Shown here: in pieces, positions 26,372-39,692 of the stretch
Numbering within the stretch: the stretch's first letter is position 1
Layout of the letters: each line of letters begins with the position of its first letter
From: Eledone cirrhosa
Lineage: Eukaryota
DNA length: 64,000 nt
Direction of reading: 5' to 3'
Assembly (NCBI GenBank): GCA_964016885.1
Contig: OZ024743.1
Span: forward strand, 298,530,001-298,594,000
Notes under the pieces: model-generated
Seen by the model: the letters and a program-made list of their open reading frames with translations, nothing else
Told to the model about the DNA's origin: nothing
Databases searched by the model: none
Translations under genes and position numbers: made by a program

Positions 26372-28995
26372 ATGCTTCAAGTAAACTTCAATACTTTCTT
26401 ATCCTTACACTTGAGCCAGGAATTGTTTGCATCCGTAAGGGAACTGTTTAGACTGTCGGAGAAATGGGCCAATGCTGGCTGTCAAATTATTTTCCTGAAA
26501 CGCTGCCTAAAAAACGATGTCATCCCCAACACCATCAGGAACATCCGCTTACCAATAAGCCTACGTACACCAGCTTTCCAAAACACCACTAACCGCATAC
26601 ATCGCACGTGTATTAAACAGATTCTGAGACATCTCAACCGCCAATTACACGTCCATAAGCGGACACTCTCAGAGCGGACACATCGACTGCCAATAGCACC
26701 CGACGACTTGCTCCTAAAAATCACTAAAGCAATCGACCAGTGCTACCACTCAAGAGTCCAATACGAGAAAAAACGGCTCAAGCGAAAATATGAGTGGATC
26801 TTGTCTAAACTCCACAACGAGAACATCGACACTAACGAACAGACGAACCAGAACCACGTGGAAAACAACAACGTAACAACCGCCACCGCCGCATCCACCA
26901 ACACCGATCCATACCTCAACGATGCGACGCACCTGGTCACCGACCTAACCGGCATTCTCACGAGCGACGAGCTGAAACTCCTACACCTCGAACCCAAGTT
27001 CATCGTCTCACAACGTCTCGACGACAGACTCAAACTCAACATCGAGGCCAACTTTTGTCGAGCCGCTTACCAACTTAAATGGGTGACCGCCATCAACAGC
27101 GCCACAGAAAATAACAGCGCCCACGCAACTCACCCAAAGTTCCCCACATACCACCCCGACAACCCACTCCACCCCCACCCACCAACCACGAACTCGACAC
27201 TAAACTCATCAGGCTAAAACACTCCATCTCGGATATACTTCACAAACACACACACACACGCACAACACATAACCTCACCAAATCTCAACTCACCACTCTA
27301 TCCAACTTAAAATCGAAGAACCTCATCTATCTCCCCTCCGACAAGGGAAAATAATTATGCGTCATCAGCAGAGAGGCCTACAACACCCTGGCCCTCCAAC
27401 ACCTTGACGATGACAACCTCTACTCCAAGGTCACGGGAATCACTCCCGCGCAGATAGAAGAGCACATCAACGCCGCCTGGACCAACATCTGCGACCGGCG
27501 GAAGCTCCCGAAGAAGCTGAGATACAACCTACTCACGAGGAACAGCAGACTACCCGCCTTCTACCACCTCGTGAAAACACACAAACAGGGACCCGACCTG
27601 AAGGTCAGGCCCATCGTATCGAGCGTGGAGGGTCCACTCTACAAAATTTCATGGCTCCTAGCCAGAATACTCAAACCCATCTTAGACACCTTGCCGGGAC
27701 ACGTTAACAGCTCAGAGGAGGTGTTGAAGCGCCTGCATCAAATGGATCCCGACACCAGAAGGAATAACAGATATGCCTCCAGCCTTGATGTAGTCGCTCT
27801 CTACACCTCGGTCCCGGCACTCCCGGCCGTCAATATACTGATGGAACGCGTCCAATCCACCGACCTACACTGCTTCGGGCTCACCACCACTGACATCCAC
27901 CAACTCCTATCCATTGTCGTCGACAACACCTACTTCGGATTCCTTGACCAAACATACCAACAAACCTCGGGATTGCCCATGGGATCAAGCCTGTCAGGTG
28001 TCCTAGCGATCTCTTACATGGACAACCTCGAGCGCAAGGCACTCAACGCCTGCCACCTCAACGCCGTAGCCTTTTTCTCAAGGTACGTGGACGATATCCT
28101 CATCCTCACATCTTCCCAAGACGCGGCGAACAGAATCTATGAGACGTTCAACAACACGGACGAGAACATTGACTTCAGTGTTGAACACCCCAACGAAGAC
28201 GGGTCACTTGCCCTCCTCGACTTCCGAATTAACATCACGAAACAGGGAAGGATCCACTGCAACTTCTACAGAAAGGCAGCCTGCAGGGACCTGTTCGTTC
28301 ACTACAAGTCCGTCCTCCCTAACAGTGCCAAAAGAGGATACATCACGAACGAGATCGCGCGAATCAAAAACAGATGCAGCGGTCCCGCGAGTGGTGTCAC
28401 TCATACCAAGCGATTCCTCGAGGTGCTGGAGACGAACGGGTACCCTAGCTCGCTCACAGACAGAATAGGAGACACCAGACACAAGAGACAGAGTGGCACC
28501 CAAGGCAAGTGCTTCCTTAAAATGCCACACCTGGGCGAGAATACCACCAACGCTATCCACAAGGCTATACGGAGGGAGGGCCTCGACATCCACCTGGCCC
28601 ACTCGGGCCCCTCCCTGCGAAGATGCCTCTCCAGGAAACCCGGGAAATCTACTGACGCATGCTCCCTCAGAGACTGCCCGATACCCCATGCGAACTGTTG
28701 CCTACGCACATACGTTGTGTATGAGATAGAATGTGACAGGTGCAACCAATACTACATAGGTAGCACAATCCGACCTTTGCACATCCGGATCAAGGAACAC
28801 ACTAAAACCAGGGCCTCGTCTTTCCGGAAACACATAGACAAATGCGGAAACAAAGACGGAAGGCCCATTGTCACAATTCTAGCGACTGAAAGAAACGTCG
28901 ACACGATACGTATCAAGGAAGCGCTTTTTATCAAACGCCTGCAACCGCAAATAAACAATCAATCCGAGAGAAGCGAAATGAGATGGCTAGTTTAA
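26372..28995 (+). pseudogene. PLE2 RT-GIY-YIG polyprotein, disrupted
   Basis: Motifs SDKG (stop at about 27351), KTHK, VRPIVS, SLDVVALYTSV, GLPMGSSLS, FSRYVDD, CSLRDCP and VVYEIECDRCNQYYIGST..RIKEH. Frameshift near 27150. Confidence 0.93.
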
Positions 28996-29388
28996 GTTAA
29001 CAAACGATGCAGCAACACACGCACACACACACACACAAAAACGAGACAACTACACACGCACACGCACACACACACTAGCATTCCACCATACGAACATACT
29101 ACACTGCCAATACAGAGGAACAAGGCAATAACACACGCACACACACACTCAAGCGAGACAACAACACACGCACACACACACACAGTAACATTTAACAAAC
29201 AGGCAGAGAATGGACTGACAGCTAGCGCCACCCCACTCCCTCATTCGGCCGCTGACCTCTGCCCGACCGACCCCATTTCACGCGCACGCGCGCTCTGCTG
29301 AATACCTCAGATATTCAAAACAACAAACAGCGGAGGACGCGTTTCGCACCTTTCCGACAGACAACCTTTCCCCCACCCCTGAAAAAAC

Positions 29389-29424
29389 CTCCAGTTGATG
29401 GATGTTAATCCGAAATATATAGGG
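29389..29424 (+). ncRNA. Variant minimal HHR motif, PLE2 3' pLTR
   Basis: ctc CAGTTGA t ggat gtta atcc GAAA tata TA ggg. Confidence 0.55.
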
Positions 29425-29682
29425 ACAATTAAATCTCTCCCAAGGTAACTCTCTCTCGTGTTGTTATTTTTATTTTTTTATTTTATCCTTTATACTCTTT
29501 CCTTCATTCCTCTACACGTCTTATACACGCCACGCATCTTAACGTACACCCACTTACATCTCTCTCTCCACCACCGGATCTTGTTACCCGGAGATTTACC
29601 CATTTGCATTGTCGAGGCTTCCAAACGACTTAAAGATATTTACTTATTATTCCACAATGCTTCAAGCAAACTTCAATACTCT

Positions 29683-29786
<104 letters not shown>

Positions 29787-29949
29787 CAGAAATAGGATTT
29801 GGCTTCAAGCATAGCTTGAAACACGGTATGTTATCAGTGCTATTATAAGCTAGAAGTTAGGGTAACAAATAATAGAAAAACAATATTTATATTTAAGAGC
29901 AGAAAATTATTAATTTACTTAGAAATGGGTATATGAATTAGATGTATTT

Positions 29950-30579
29950 TATTGAAGTTTATATGTATTTGTAAGTTTCTCTTTACCTTTAACTAAAGAG
30001 ATGTAAGTCCTTGAGGTTTCTGCGGTAAAGTTTATATCGTCGAACTGATTTATTATGTCTAGCATTATTCGAAATATTAGAAAAATTTGATGAGTGCAAA
30101 TTTTTATCACATCCCAGACAATCATCAATTTTATATTTATCTTTATCCTTCTTATAATGAATCATATTTATTATTATTATTATACTAAATTTGCACTTAT
30201 AATTAATGATATTTCTGTATTACTATTAGTATTCAATTTAGATCTAGCCAAAGCCTCATTATAATAATGAGCATACCGGTAAAGGATTTTCTCATTAGCG
30301 AATAAATTGGAGATTTAAATAATGGATTTGGGCGGTTAGATAACTTAGTCTTCAACTGTATTATGATATGGTCTATATAAATCAGTATCTAATTCCAGGT
30401 TGACATCTACGAAGTTAACAATTCTAGTGTTTATATCAATACTTAAATTATTTTTTGTAGTACATGTTTCTTAGTCTTTCAAGTTCACAATTATTATAGT
30501 ACAATAGTTCTTAAGAATGACAAGAGTAGCAAGTCTATAAAGACCCACTTGTAATTGGGGAAATTAATATCTTAATTTA

Positions 30580-30580
<1 letters not shown>
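29950..30580 (-). pseudogene. Decayed RT fragment of a further PLE family
   Basis: Minus strand KNNLSIDINTRIVNFVDVNLELDTDFYRPY resembles the PLE RT motif 7 region (VNFLDV..L...YKPY). Confidence 0.5.
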
Positions 30581-30623
<43 letters not shown>

Positions 30624-30806
30624 TTTCGTTTCTGAATTTGTTTAGCAAGATTCTTTATCTGAAAACGTGTGTTGAAACCGATATTGTTATAATTTGGGAG
30701 GGTCATGTTGCCAATAAAAAACACACGCACCAGTTGCCTTCACTTTAATTTATTATAATAAATTTATAAATTTAGGAATTTATAAATTTCTGGTTGTTTA
30801 TATATT

Positions 30807-30849
30807 GTCAAAGTTCTTTCGTCACACATTCTGTGACCTCTTCAGTGAC
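30807..30849 (-). ncRNA. Type I hammerhead motif, PLE3 3' pLTR
   Basis: Minus strand gtca CTGAAGA g gtcaca gaatg tgtgac GAAA gaac TT tgac. Confidence 0.75.
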
Positions 30850-31137
30850 TGGGGATTCTTTTCTTTGTTTTTGTGCCTCTCCTTTGTTCTGTCCTACGCC
30901 ATTTTGTTTCTGTGTGTGTGTTGTGTGCTCAGTCTGCGCATGCGCCACATCCGGGTGTCTGTGTGTGTTTATATTCGTTTATTTATTTGTTTATTTACAT
31001 GTTACCGGTTGGTTGTTTGTTCTATGTGCGTGTGAGTTTTCATTTTGTCCTTAATTGTAAGTTGTGATGTTGCTGTTCCACTCATATTTTCTATTTAATT
31101 TTGGTTGTAATTCTTTTATGTTTATTGCCTCTGTGAT

Positions 31138-34100
31138 TTATCTAAACATTGCGTCTTTTCTGTGTGTAGATTCTATTTTTATTTCTATGTTCTCTAATTT
31201 ACCCTTATGTTCTATTTTAGCATGTTGGTAGAGTACAGATGTTTCTTTACTATCTTGAAGGTCTCGCCAGTGTTCATTTATCCGTTCCCCTACACTACGA
31301 GCTGTCTCACCTATGTACACTATATTTTTGTCTCTACATTGTCCTTCAGTACATCTTATGCTATACACTACATTTCTAGTTTTACAGTTAATATGGGGGC
31401 TTAATTTACAGGTTATACATTTCTTATCTATACAGGCGGGGGGGGGGGTCTTTGAAAAGAGTATGTCTTGCTAATAAGTGTTTTTACAGAGGTACCTGGT
31501 CTTTCTACTATCTTAATATTGAGTTTATGTTTATCTAGGGCCCTTCTAAATTTGTAAGCTAATTCACCTCTAGGGTTGTATCGATGAACATTACACTCTG
31601 GTATTTATTGCTATCATACCATGAGTTTATTCTATTAGTCTTATTCCTAGTTCTTTCTATTCTATTCCAAAATTTGCTCCTATACAAGGGGCAGGTCCCA
31701 TTTGTATCATTATTTACCATTTTTTCACATTTGGTTCTGGCTCCTCTATACACTCTGACTTTATCTCTCTGATTGTAACCAGAGAACTGCATACGGTGGA
31801 TGAAGTGTTGTATGTGTCTCTCTAGTTCTTCGGGGTTGCACATGCGGGACACGTTTCTCATCACCCGTACCAAATCCGCAATCAGTATGTTGATTTTGGT
31901 ATGGTCCGAAACAGCTGAGTTTCGGTGGATCAGATGTTTGGAAGTCATGGGTTTGGCATAATGGGAATGGAGGATTTGTTTTTTGTTATTAATGGTATCT
32001 AACCAGAGCTCTGTGTCTAGTACAGGTAATCGTTGGTTGGAGTGTTTACTTGGGTAGTCTATAGTAACTCTAATACTCTGGTGGATGGAGTTAGCTATTT
32101 GCTGGATGCTTTCCATTGTGTTTTTCTCTAGTTCCTGACTATTCTCTAGTAGGGGTGTCTTAACTACGATGTTTATATCATCAACGTAGCGGGAGTACAT
32201 TATCAGGGTTAAGGGGTCTTCTAATTGTTCTTTAAGTTTAAGTTTAAGTCTACTGTCCCACCATACCATGAATAAGTTAGCTATGTCGCCTGCAATGCTA
32301 ACACCAATGGCTGCTCCTTCCTCTTGGGCATATGTTTTTCCATTAAATTTGAACATATGTTCCTTAAGGGTTAGTTTTATGCTGGACCCTACCGCATGTG
32401 CAATCATTTTCTTCAGTTCATAGTGGTTTTCGGGTGTCCGTATGGCTCTGGTCCACCCGTTCCATCTATCTGTGTGGGTTTTCTTGGCCATTGAGGTAAT
32501 GGTAGGTGGTCTGCCTCTTGCTGATCTTGTAGGGCACAGGTTGCTAAGGTCATGTGTCTAGGTAATTATTACTATAGGTAAGTTTAAGTAGGAGTCCCAG
32601 CTCACTGGTATCAATCCCACGGAACTCAACATTGCTCTCACTGATCATTTCTACGCATTTCTCCACAGCAAAATCCACATTAATAGATGGATACAGGGAC
32701 ACAACATCCATACTACCTATTATGCAGTTGGTTAGGTTCCTAGATCGGTTACCCTCGCCGATTCTGCTGAGGAGGTCCTCCGTGCTGTCACATACATCTG
32801 GGGACATTTCAATGATGGGGCGTATGATCAGGGAGAGGAAGTAGGACAGTCTGTAGTTACTAGCAATGTTACCTCCACAGATTGGCCGTGTTTGTGGTCC
32901 CGTGACAGGGTCACTGCCCGTTTTATGGTCTTTTCGAAGCCCATACAACGCCGGCACGTCATTGTTCCAGGCCTGGAAGTTGTTGGCAGTCCTTTTGTTG
33001 GGCTGCATTATATTCGTCCACATCACCATATGGGCATTGAGGGCTTTTTCTCTGTCCTCATGCTCCTGTGGTGTTACCTCTCTTGTGTTAGTGATGTGGG
33101 GTTGCATTGCCTGGATGTAGTTTGGCAGGCTGTCAACCGACATTCTGCCAGACTTGTCTGTTGGAAAGCATGCTATCTCTCCATTACGCGAGCGCTGCAT
33201 GAGCTTACGCAAGCCATTTGCAGATTTTTCTCCCACTTGCTGGGCCTCCATTCTATTATGCTTCTTGCTATACTGTTCTATATTTCTAAGTTCGGATCTA
33301 CCTATACTAAATTGTGCTTCTGTTTGTTCATCGACCTGCGACGGCAATTGCGTGCGTTTGTTAAATGGTAAAGTCGTGGCGTGGACTCGTCGCAGGTCGA
33401 ACGACTTGTCGGAGGGATTATAAAAAGTAGAGTTCCAGGCTGCTGCTTTATGTGTACTAGTGCTATTGTTATTGTTAGTTGTGTTGTTTCTATTTCTATT
33501 TCCACCAACAGCCTCATGGTTGTTTCTATGTGTCTCATTATTACTCCTGTCTCTTCCCACTGGCTCATTGTTATTATCTACTCTATTTTGTGTGTCTCTG
33601 TGTTCGTCTTGGTTATTTTCTTTGTCCTTAGTCTCCCATCTCCTTTTCCTTTTAATCCTATTACTTTCTCTTATTTCTGTGATTTCTGTGCTACTGTCAT
33701 TACTTGTTTTCTGTGTCTCTGTGTTTGTTAAGATTGTGGTGGTGGTGAGAGGCATTGAATGTGTGTGTGTTGTTGTTGATCTGTGCTGTTGTTGATGTGT
33801 GTTGTTGTTGTTGTCTCCGTGTGTGTTATTATTGTTGTTTGTGTCTGTTGTTGTTGTTGTTTCTGAGTATGTTTTATTGTTGGTGTGTGTGTTGTTGTTA
33901 TTGTTGTTTGTGTCTGTGTGTCTGTTGTTGTTGGGATGTGTGTTGTATATGTGTGTGCGTATGTTGTTACTTTTGTTTTTGTTTTTGTTTTTGTTTTTGT
34001 TTTTGTTTTTGTTTTTGAGGCTCCAACGTAATTTTGTAAAGGATTTTTCTATTTCTGACAGACAACTAATCATATTTACCTTCCTGAATGTCGCAAATTT

Positions 34101-34622
34101 CGGCGGTAGCTTTAATACAGATAATTCATCAGGATCTATTGCCGTGTTGCCGTATATATTTGTGTTGTTGTTGTTGAACTCATCTGTTAATGAGGTGTCG
34201 GCCATATTTATACCGTCAATTTTGTCGGGATATCTATTGGTATTCTCTACAGTATCCTGATTTAGTTTTATCTGCTTAAGCCACTTTAGTTTCTTGTTAA
34301 AGTGCTTATCACATTCTTGAGCAATGTACTGTTCTTCAGGACGTATAAGGCTTATAAATATTAGTTTTTCTCTTGGTGTGGTGATCCTAGTTATTTCTTG
34401 TATTAGGTTACGCTTATGTTTTTCTTGATGACTTAATTCTCTATAGATCTTCTTTTTTATGTTTAGAATTAGTGTTCGTTTTAGCCTATCTGCTTGCTTT
34501 TTGGTGAGTTGCAATCTTCTTACGACGGTGTTGATGGTGTTGGTGTAAACTCGGGACGAGGCACATTCTTTTATGAAGTGTAGTTGTCGAGATGTTATTG
34601 TTTTTCGTAGACAACAGAACAT
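31138..34622 (-). pseudogene. PLE3 RT-GIY-YIG polyprotein, frameshifted
   Basis: Motifs TDKSGR, LYGLRKDHK, TRPICG, SMDVVSLYPSI, GAAIG, YSRYVDD, LPVLD, CIDKKCITC and VYSIRC...VYIGETARSVGERINEH. Frameshifts at about 33280, 32552, 31575 and 31380. Confidence 0.92.
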
Positions 34623-34836
34623 GGTGGTTTTCAGTATCTTGTTAGCCTGGCTAAGGCTTACGATATTTCGTTTCTGAAACCGATATTGTTATACTTTGGG
34701 AGGGTCATGTTGCCAATAAGAAATACACGCACCAGTTGCTTTCACTTCAATTTATTATAATAAATTTATAAATTTAGGAATTTATAAATTTCTGGTTGGT
34801 TGGTTGGTTCCACAACCAGATAGTTGTTTATATATT

Positions 34837-34879
34837 GTCAAAGTTCTTTCGTCACACATTCTGTGACCTCTTCAGTGAC
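34837..34879 (-). ncRNA. Type I hammerhead motif, PLE3 5' pLTR
   Basis: Identical to the motif at 30807-30849. Confidence 0.75.
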
Positions 34880-35346
34880 TGGGGATTCTTTTCTTTGTTT
34901 TTGTGCCTCTCCTTTGTTCTGTCCTACGCCATTTTGTTTCTGTGTGTGTGTTGTGTGCTCAGTCTGCGCATGCGCCACATCCGGGTGTCTGTGTGTGTTT
35001 ATATTCGTTTATTTATTTGTTTATTTACATGTCACCGGTTGGTTGTTTGTTCTATGTGCGTGTGCGTTTTTATTTTGTCCTTAATTGTACGATGTGATGT
35101 TGCTGTACAACTCATATTTTCTATTTAATTTTGGTTGTAATTCTTTTATGTTTATTGCCTTTGTATATATATATAATTAAAAGTGTAAGAAGGTTCAATG
35201 AATTCATCAATGAATAAAGTTTCACAGTATGTTTTCTGGAGTTTTTAAATTTATTTGATCACAGGAATGTCTACATTATTAATATTTTGAAATAATGTGC
35301 CCCAGCATGGCCTCAGCCGGATGGCTGAAACAGGTAAAAGAGAATA

Positions 35347-35430
<84 letters not shown>

Positions 35431-37239
35431 TATATTTGAGCACATAGTGTATTTATGTATATAAGAGTACATGAATACATACATATTCAGATTTAGATGT
35501 AATATGTACACATACACACACACACACATATATATAAATGTACATGTATATATATATATATATATACGTGAATATATATACGCATTTATGTATAGATATA
35601 TGCACATCATTTGCATTTAACAACCCTTTAAACTACCCACTTTTCTTTCATTCACTACCCAATACTCTCAATAATTATATTCTCGAACCTTTTTTTACAT
35701 TGGCCATACAAGCACAACAATATCTTGTAGACTCTCTATGTATTTGTACACTCCAATATATATGTGTGATTCAAATGAAAGCTGTTTCTTTTCAATTGTT
35801 AACAGGTAGAGCGACCACGAAATGGTCCCCTTGCTGGATTGATATTTTGTCAGTAATCTTTGAAAATTTCGATCCAATTACTCATTTTGGTTTTGATTTG
35901 TAATTTAAGATTTATAAAACGAGAAATCTGTATTTCAAATTTAAACTCGAATCTAAACCCAATAAACAGCACATCTAATTTATTTTGATTTGAAAGCCAT
36001 TTTTTAAATAATATTCTAATCGAATTTAAGTTTCAGCTTTTGTATTTTTCTCGATTCTGTCCCCCCATTTCTCTTAAGTACCTCTCCTGAGCCCTTACTA
36101 AATCGATTTTGGGTTCGTGAACACATCTGTTATCAATTAGAAATTTCAAAGCAAAAGAAAAGGAAAGAAAAGAAAAAGATATTTGAAACAGTAAACATAA
36201 AAAGAAGAAAAAAAAAGAAGAAAATATGGTATCTGAATTCCCATTTATAGTTTTCCAAAACACGCCAGTCTTTATCAATTTTAATCAACTAAACACTAAT
36301 GGCATGGGACAGAATTTCAATAAATTTAACTTACCAAATTCTTCAGATACCCGATAAAAGTAAAACAAAAACAAACAAACAAAATACAACCCAAACTGAT
36401 TTTATTTATTTATTTTTCTACTGTCCCGTTTGTCTTGAAAGATTTTTAGCCAATGCTCCACTCGCAATCCACGCTAGATCGATAATAAAGCTTCATTTTA
36501 ACTGGTAAATTTGAAATGTTTGTTATAAGTCTGACGAGAAAAAAAAATCAATCTATCAAACGATTGTATTATACTGAATAATTTTATTGAAATAAACTAG
36601 CACATTCTATATGTTTTATTGAATAATTTGTCTCACCTACACCAGAGGATAATATAGAAATGCCGACCCGAAGAACAGCCAACGATATCGGTTTCATCAA
36701 CTACTCTACCTCAGGGTTCTATCCTCCAACGCCGCACCTCCGTCACATTTTAATGGAGGAACGAAGCAGTTCGAGAACGGAGGCTGAAAAGGGTTTCAAT
36801 AACGACCAGTGCGGAAAGAAATCTGTTCGTTAATGATTTGTAATCAGTTATCTTCTAGCTCCCGGGATTATTACCAGAGTGACAAAGTTGGCAATGGAGT
36901 ATGTATCACATTGCGTGATGTCCCAGATGAGTAACGTACCCTACTCAAATGAAAAAAAAAAGGATTACCTCTTCAACAGCCTGCCATCACTACGGACGAG
37001 AACAACAAGCTCCAGTTGTGCTTAGGGAAATTTCTTGTACTATGAGCACAAGAGAGCGAGTGCAATACGATTCCGTTTTTAGTGTAATTTATGTGGTTCA
37101 CACACGTGGAAGCCAAGGCAAATACGACTCTACATCAACACATTCATCTTCAAGAAGGGTTCATATTGACAAAAATGGTACCAGGCAAAGCAATCCACAG
37201 GTAGGTTAGACGGTATTAGTCGATGTATAACTGGATCTT

Positions 37240-37380
37240 CGAGCGTGTTTCATTTGTAAAATTTGTAGCACAAGTTTCTAGCGTGTTGACTACAGGTAAA
37301 CCATACAGTGGGACGTGGAAATTTGATTACGTGAAAAGGCATTTATGAGAGAAACAACGTTTCTTCTATCGAAATTTTCA
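37240..37380 (+). pseudogene. Decayed TTF-type zinc-finger remnant (hAT transposase-like)
   Basis: FICKIC...TGKPYSGTWKFDYVKRHL across a frameshift. A related copy lies at about 44880-45020. Confidence 0.4.
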
Positions 37381-37823
37381 GGTAAATCGTTGTTAGTCGA
37401 CGGATGATTGGACCTTCGTGCTGGCCGAACTACTTTTAGTATTAGCTAGGTCGATTTGACTGGCTGCATTCCCGGGGATAACGAAGCCATTGTAATTTGA
37501 AGCAGCTCGCGCCGTTTTGAACTTGCAGTCTATATTAGACTCAGATGTGTTACGCACATCTCTGGACAAATGAGGGACTGGAGGAAAGATGAGTCGGCAA
37601 TGCCAAATCAAATATTGAGTGGAGACCACGGCCGGATAATCGTATAGAACTGTCACTAGATGCCAGCCTGTCGTGTTGAAAATAACTTTGCAAAGGAATT
37701 CCACACACATATGAATGGTGGCATCAAGCTCGTTGAAATTACCGAATTGAAAGGTTTGTTGCGCTGTTAAAGGAGTAATTTCAGAGGAGCCATACTTGGA
37801 AATGCCTAATTCCCCCCCCCCCC

Positions 37824-37863
<40 letters not shown>

Positions 37864-38521
37864 GCCATCCTCCTCCTTCCTTCTCTCCATCATCAACTTT
37901 ATCACCATCACAGACATCATCATTGTCCATTGTACTCGTTATCACTAATGCATTGATGATGATGATGATGATGATGATGATTATACACCAATCATCATCA
38001 ACAACATCATGATTTCTATACTGACCTTAATCAGAAATACCAATTAAAATTTTCTTTAAAATATTGTGTGTGTTTTGTGTGGTTTTCATAATAATAGTCC
38101 CTATCTTCGTCATTCACTTTTCCCACCATCTTGCTTTCTACTAATTACCCTTCTTCACTCCTCCATATCATTATCAAAATTTCTATTACCGCCAGCGTTA
38201 TCTCTAATCTGCGCGGCTGAGCAGCTTCGCTCAAAAAATATATTTTGCGCAGTAAAATTTTAATGCCGTGCACGAATTTCGGAAGTTTCAGATAAAAAAA
38301 TAAAACAAAAAATAAAACAAAAAAAAGGTTCAGTAATAATATTGAGTGGTCGAACAAGCAATGATCGTAACATAGCTCTTGTTTTTAGTAGCATAATTTG
38401 ATTGCAGGGTTTGGAACAATTACATTCCATCTATTAATATAATATTTAGCTCTAATCTCTGTTTGGCCTTCGCCCTGGAACGCTGAAAATATTCTCCGTG
38501 AATTGAATTGAATAACGAAAT

Positions 38522-38656
<135 letters not shown>

Positions 38657-39576
38657 GCACACACACACACACACAAACAAACACACACACACATACCCAC
38701 ACACACACACAAGTATTCAAGTTCATTTATCTCTCTTTCTATATATATATCGGAACTTATCATCTATGAAAAACCGATACTTATTACTTATAGCGTTTGT
38801 ACGAAATAAGCTTTTCCTGGAAAAATAAATATATAATTTCTCAATTTCTTTTCGTTTTTCTTAAATCACTATTATCTTTAATACTATATTCTTTAGATAA
38901 ATGCAGCTAAATGTATTTATATTTATTCATTAGTCCGTTTTAAAAATCTTATTGTATATAAATATGTAATTTTATTAAAAAAATTCTGATTCACTTAATT
39001 ATTTTGTAAAGGCACAATGAAATATAATTAATTTACACATGTAACATTATATGTCTAAAGAGAAATAGAAAGGGTGAGTCTGAATTTGTGTGCGTGTCTG
39101 TATCAGTTCGTTATTCTCAGATTGACTCGTGTGGCCTGGAAAGACACGAAAGCAATGAACATCGGGAATTATAATCCCAGCTTTCAAAAAGGGACACAAG
39201 AGAGATTGTTCTAATTATAGAGAAATTTCATTGTTAAGCCTCTCCGATAACGTCTATGCTAAGTGTCCGTAGGGATATTATCGAGTCCAAGCTAGCTGAC
39301 CAACAGTGTGGTTTTAGCTGCGGACGTAGCACAGCTGACCCAATATTCACACTGCGGCAGGTCTTCGACGTTCACTTGATAGTTTTGCTGCCGAGTGCTG
39401 CACGGCAGTAATGAATATCAGTGCATTTTACATGTGAGTGGAGTTCCACAGAAGTTGGTGGAGAAGTTTAAGTATCTCAGTGTCATTTTCAAGAGCGGTG
39501 GATGGCAGGAAGTTCAATTAAAAGCAAGAATTGCAGGAGCTGTTGCAATAATTGTTTCTACTTCGTAAGATAATAA

Positions 39577-39692
39577 TAATTGTTTCTACTTTTGGCACAA
39601 GGCCAGCAATTATCCCAGTGTATTACTAGTGCTTTATTTTATCGATCCCGTAAGGATGAAAGGCAAAGTTAACCTCGGCGAGATTTGAACTC
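39577..39692 (-). mobile_element. SINE fragment interrupted by the HHR inverted-repeat element
   Basis: Reverse complement of the SINE 3' half. Stops at gatttgaactc, where the inverted repeat starts. Confidence 0.8.

Larger units (their letters stand above)
25539..29682 (+). mobile_element. Penelope-like element 2 (tentatively Penelope/Poseidon-like) with about 855-bp direct pseudo-LTRs
   Basis: 25539-26395 is near-identical to 28823-29680 and includes the 3' end of the endonuclease. (TA)n on both flanks. Confidence 0.95.
30620..35162 (-). mobile_element. Penelope-like element 3 (tentatively Nematis-like) with about 500-bp direct pseudo-LTRs
   Basis: 30620-31130 matches 34663-35160. RT and GIY-YIG ORFs lie between. 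TA repeats on both flanks. Confidence 0.93.

Noticed and set aside
32545-32555. TGA in PLE3 as selenocysteine read-through
   Set aside because: The downstream protein continues in a different frame, so this is a frameshift. The endonuclease is C-terminal, unlike the selenoprotein-coding Naiad PLEs.
37393-37923. 176-aa ORF as a host exon
   Set aside because: It starts in a (GAT)n repeat, has no recognisable domain and no supported splice structure.
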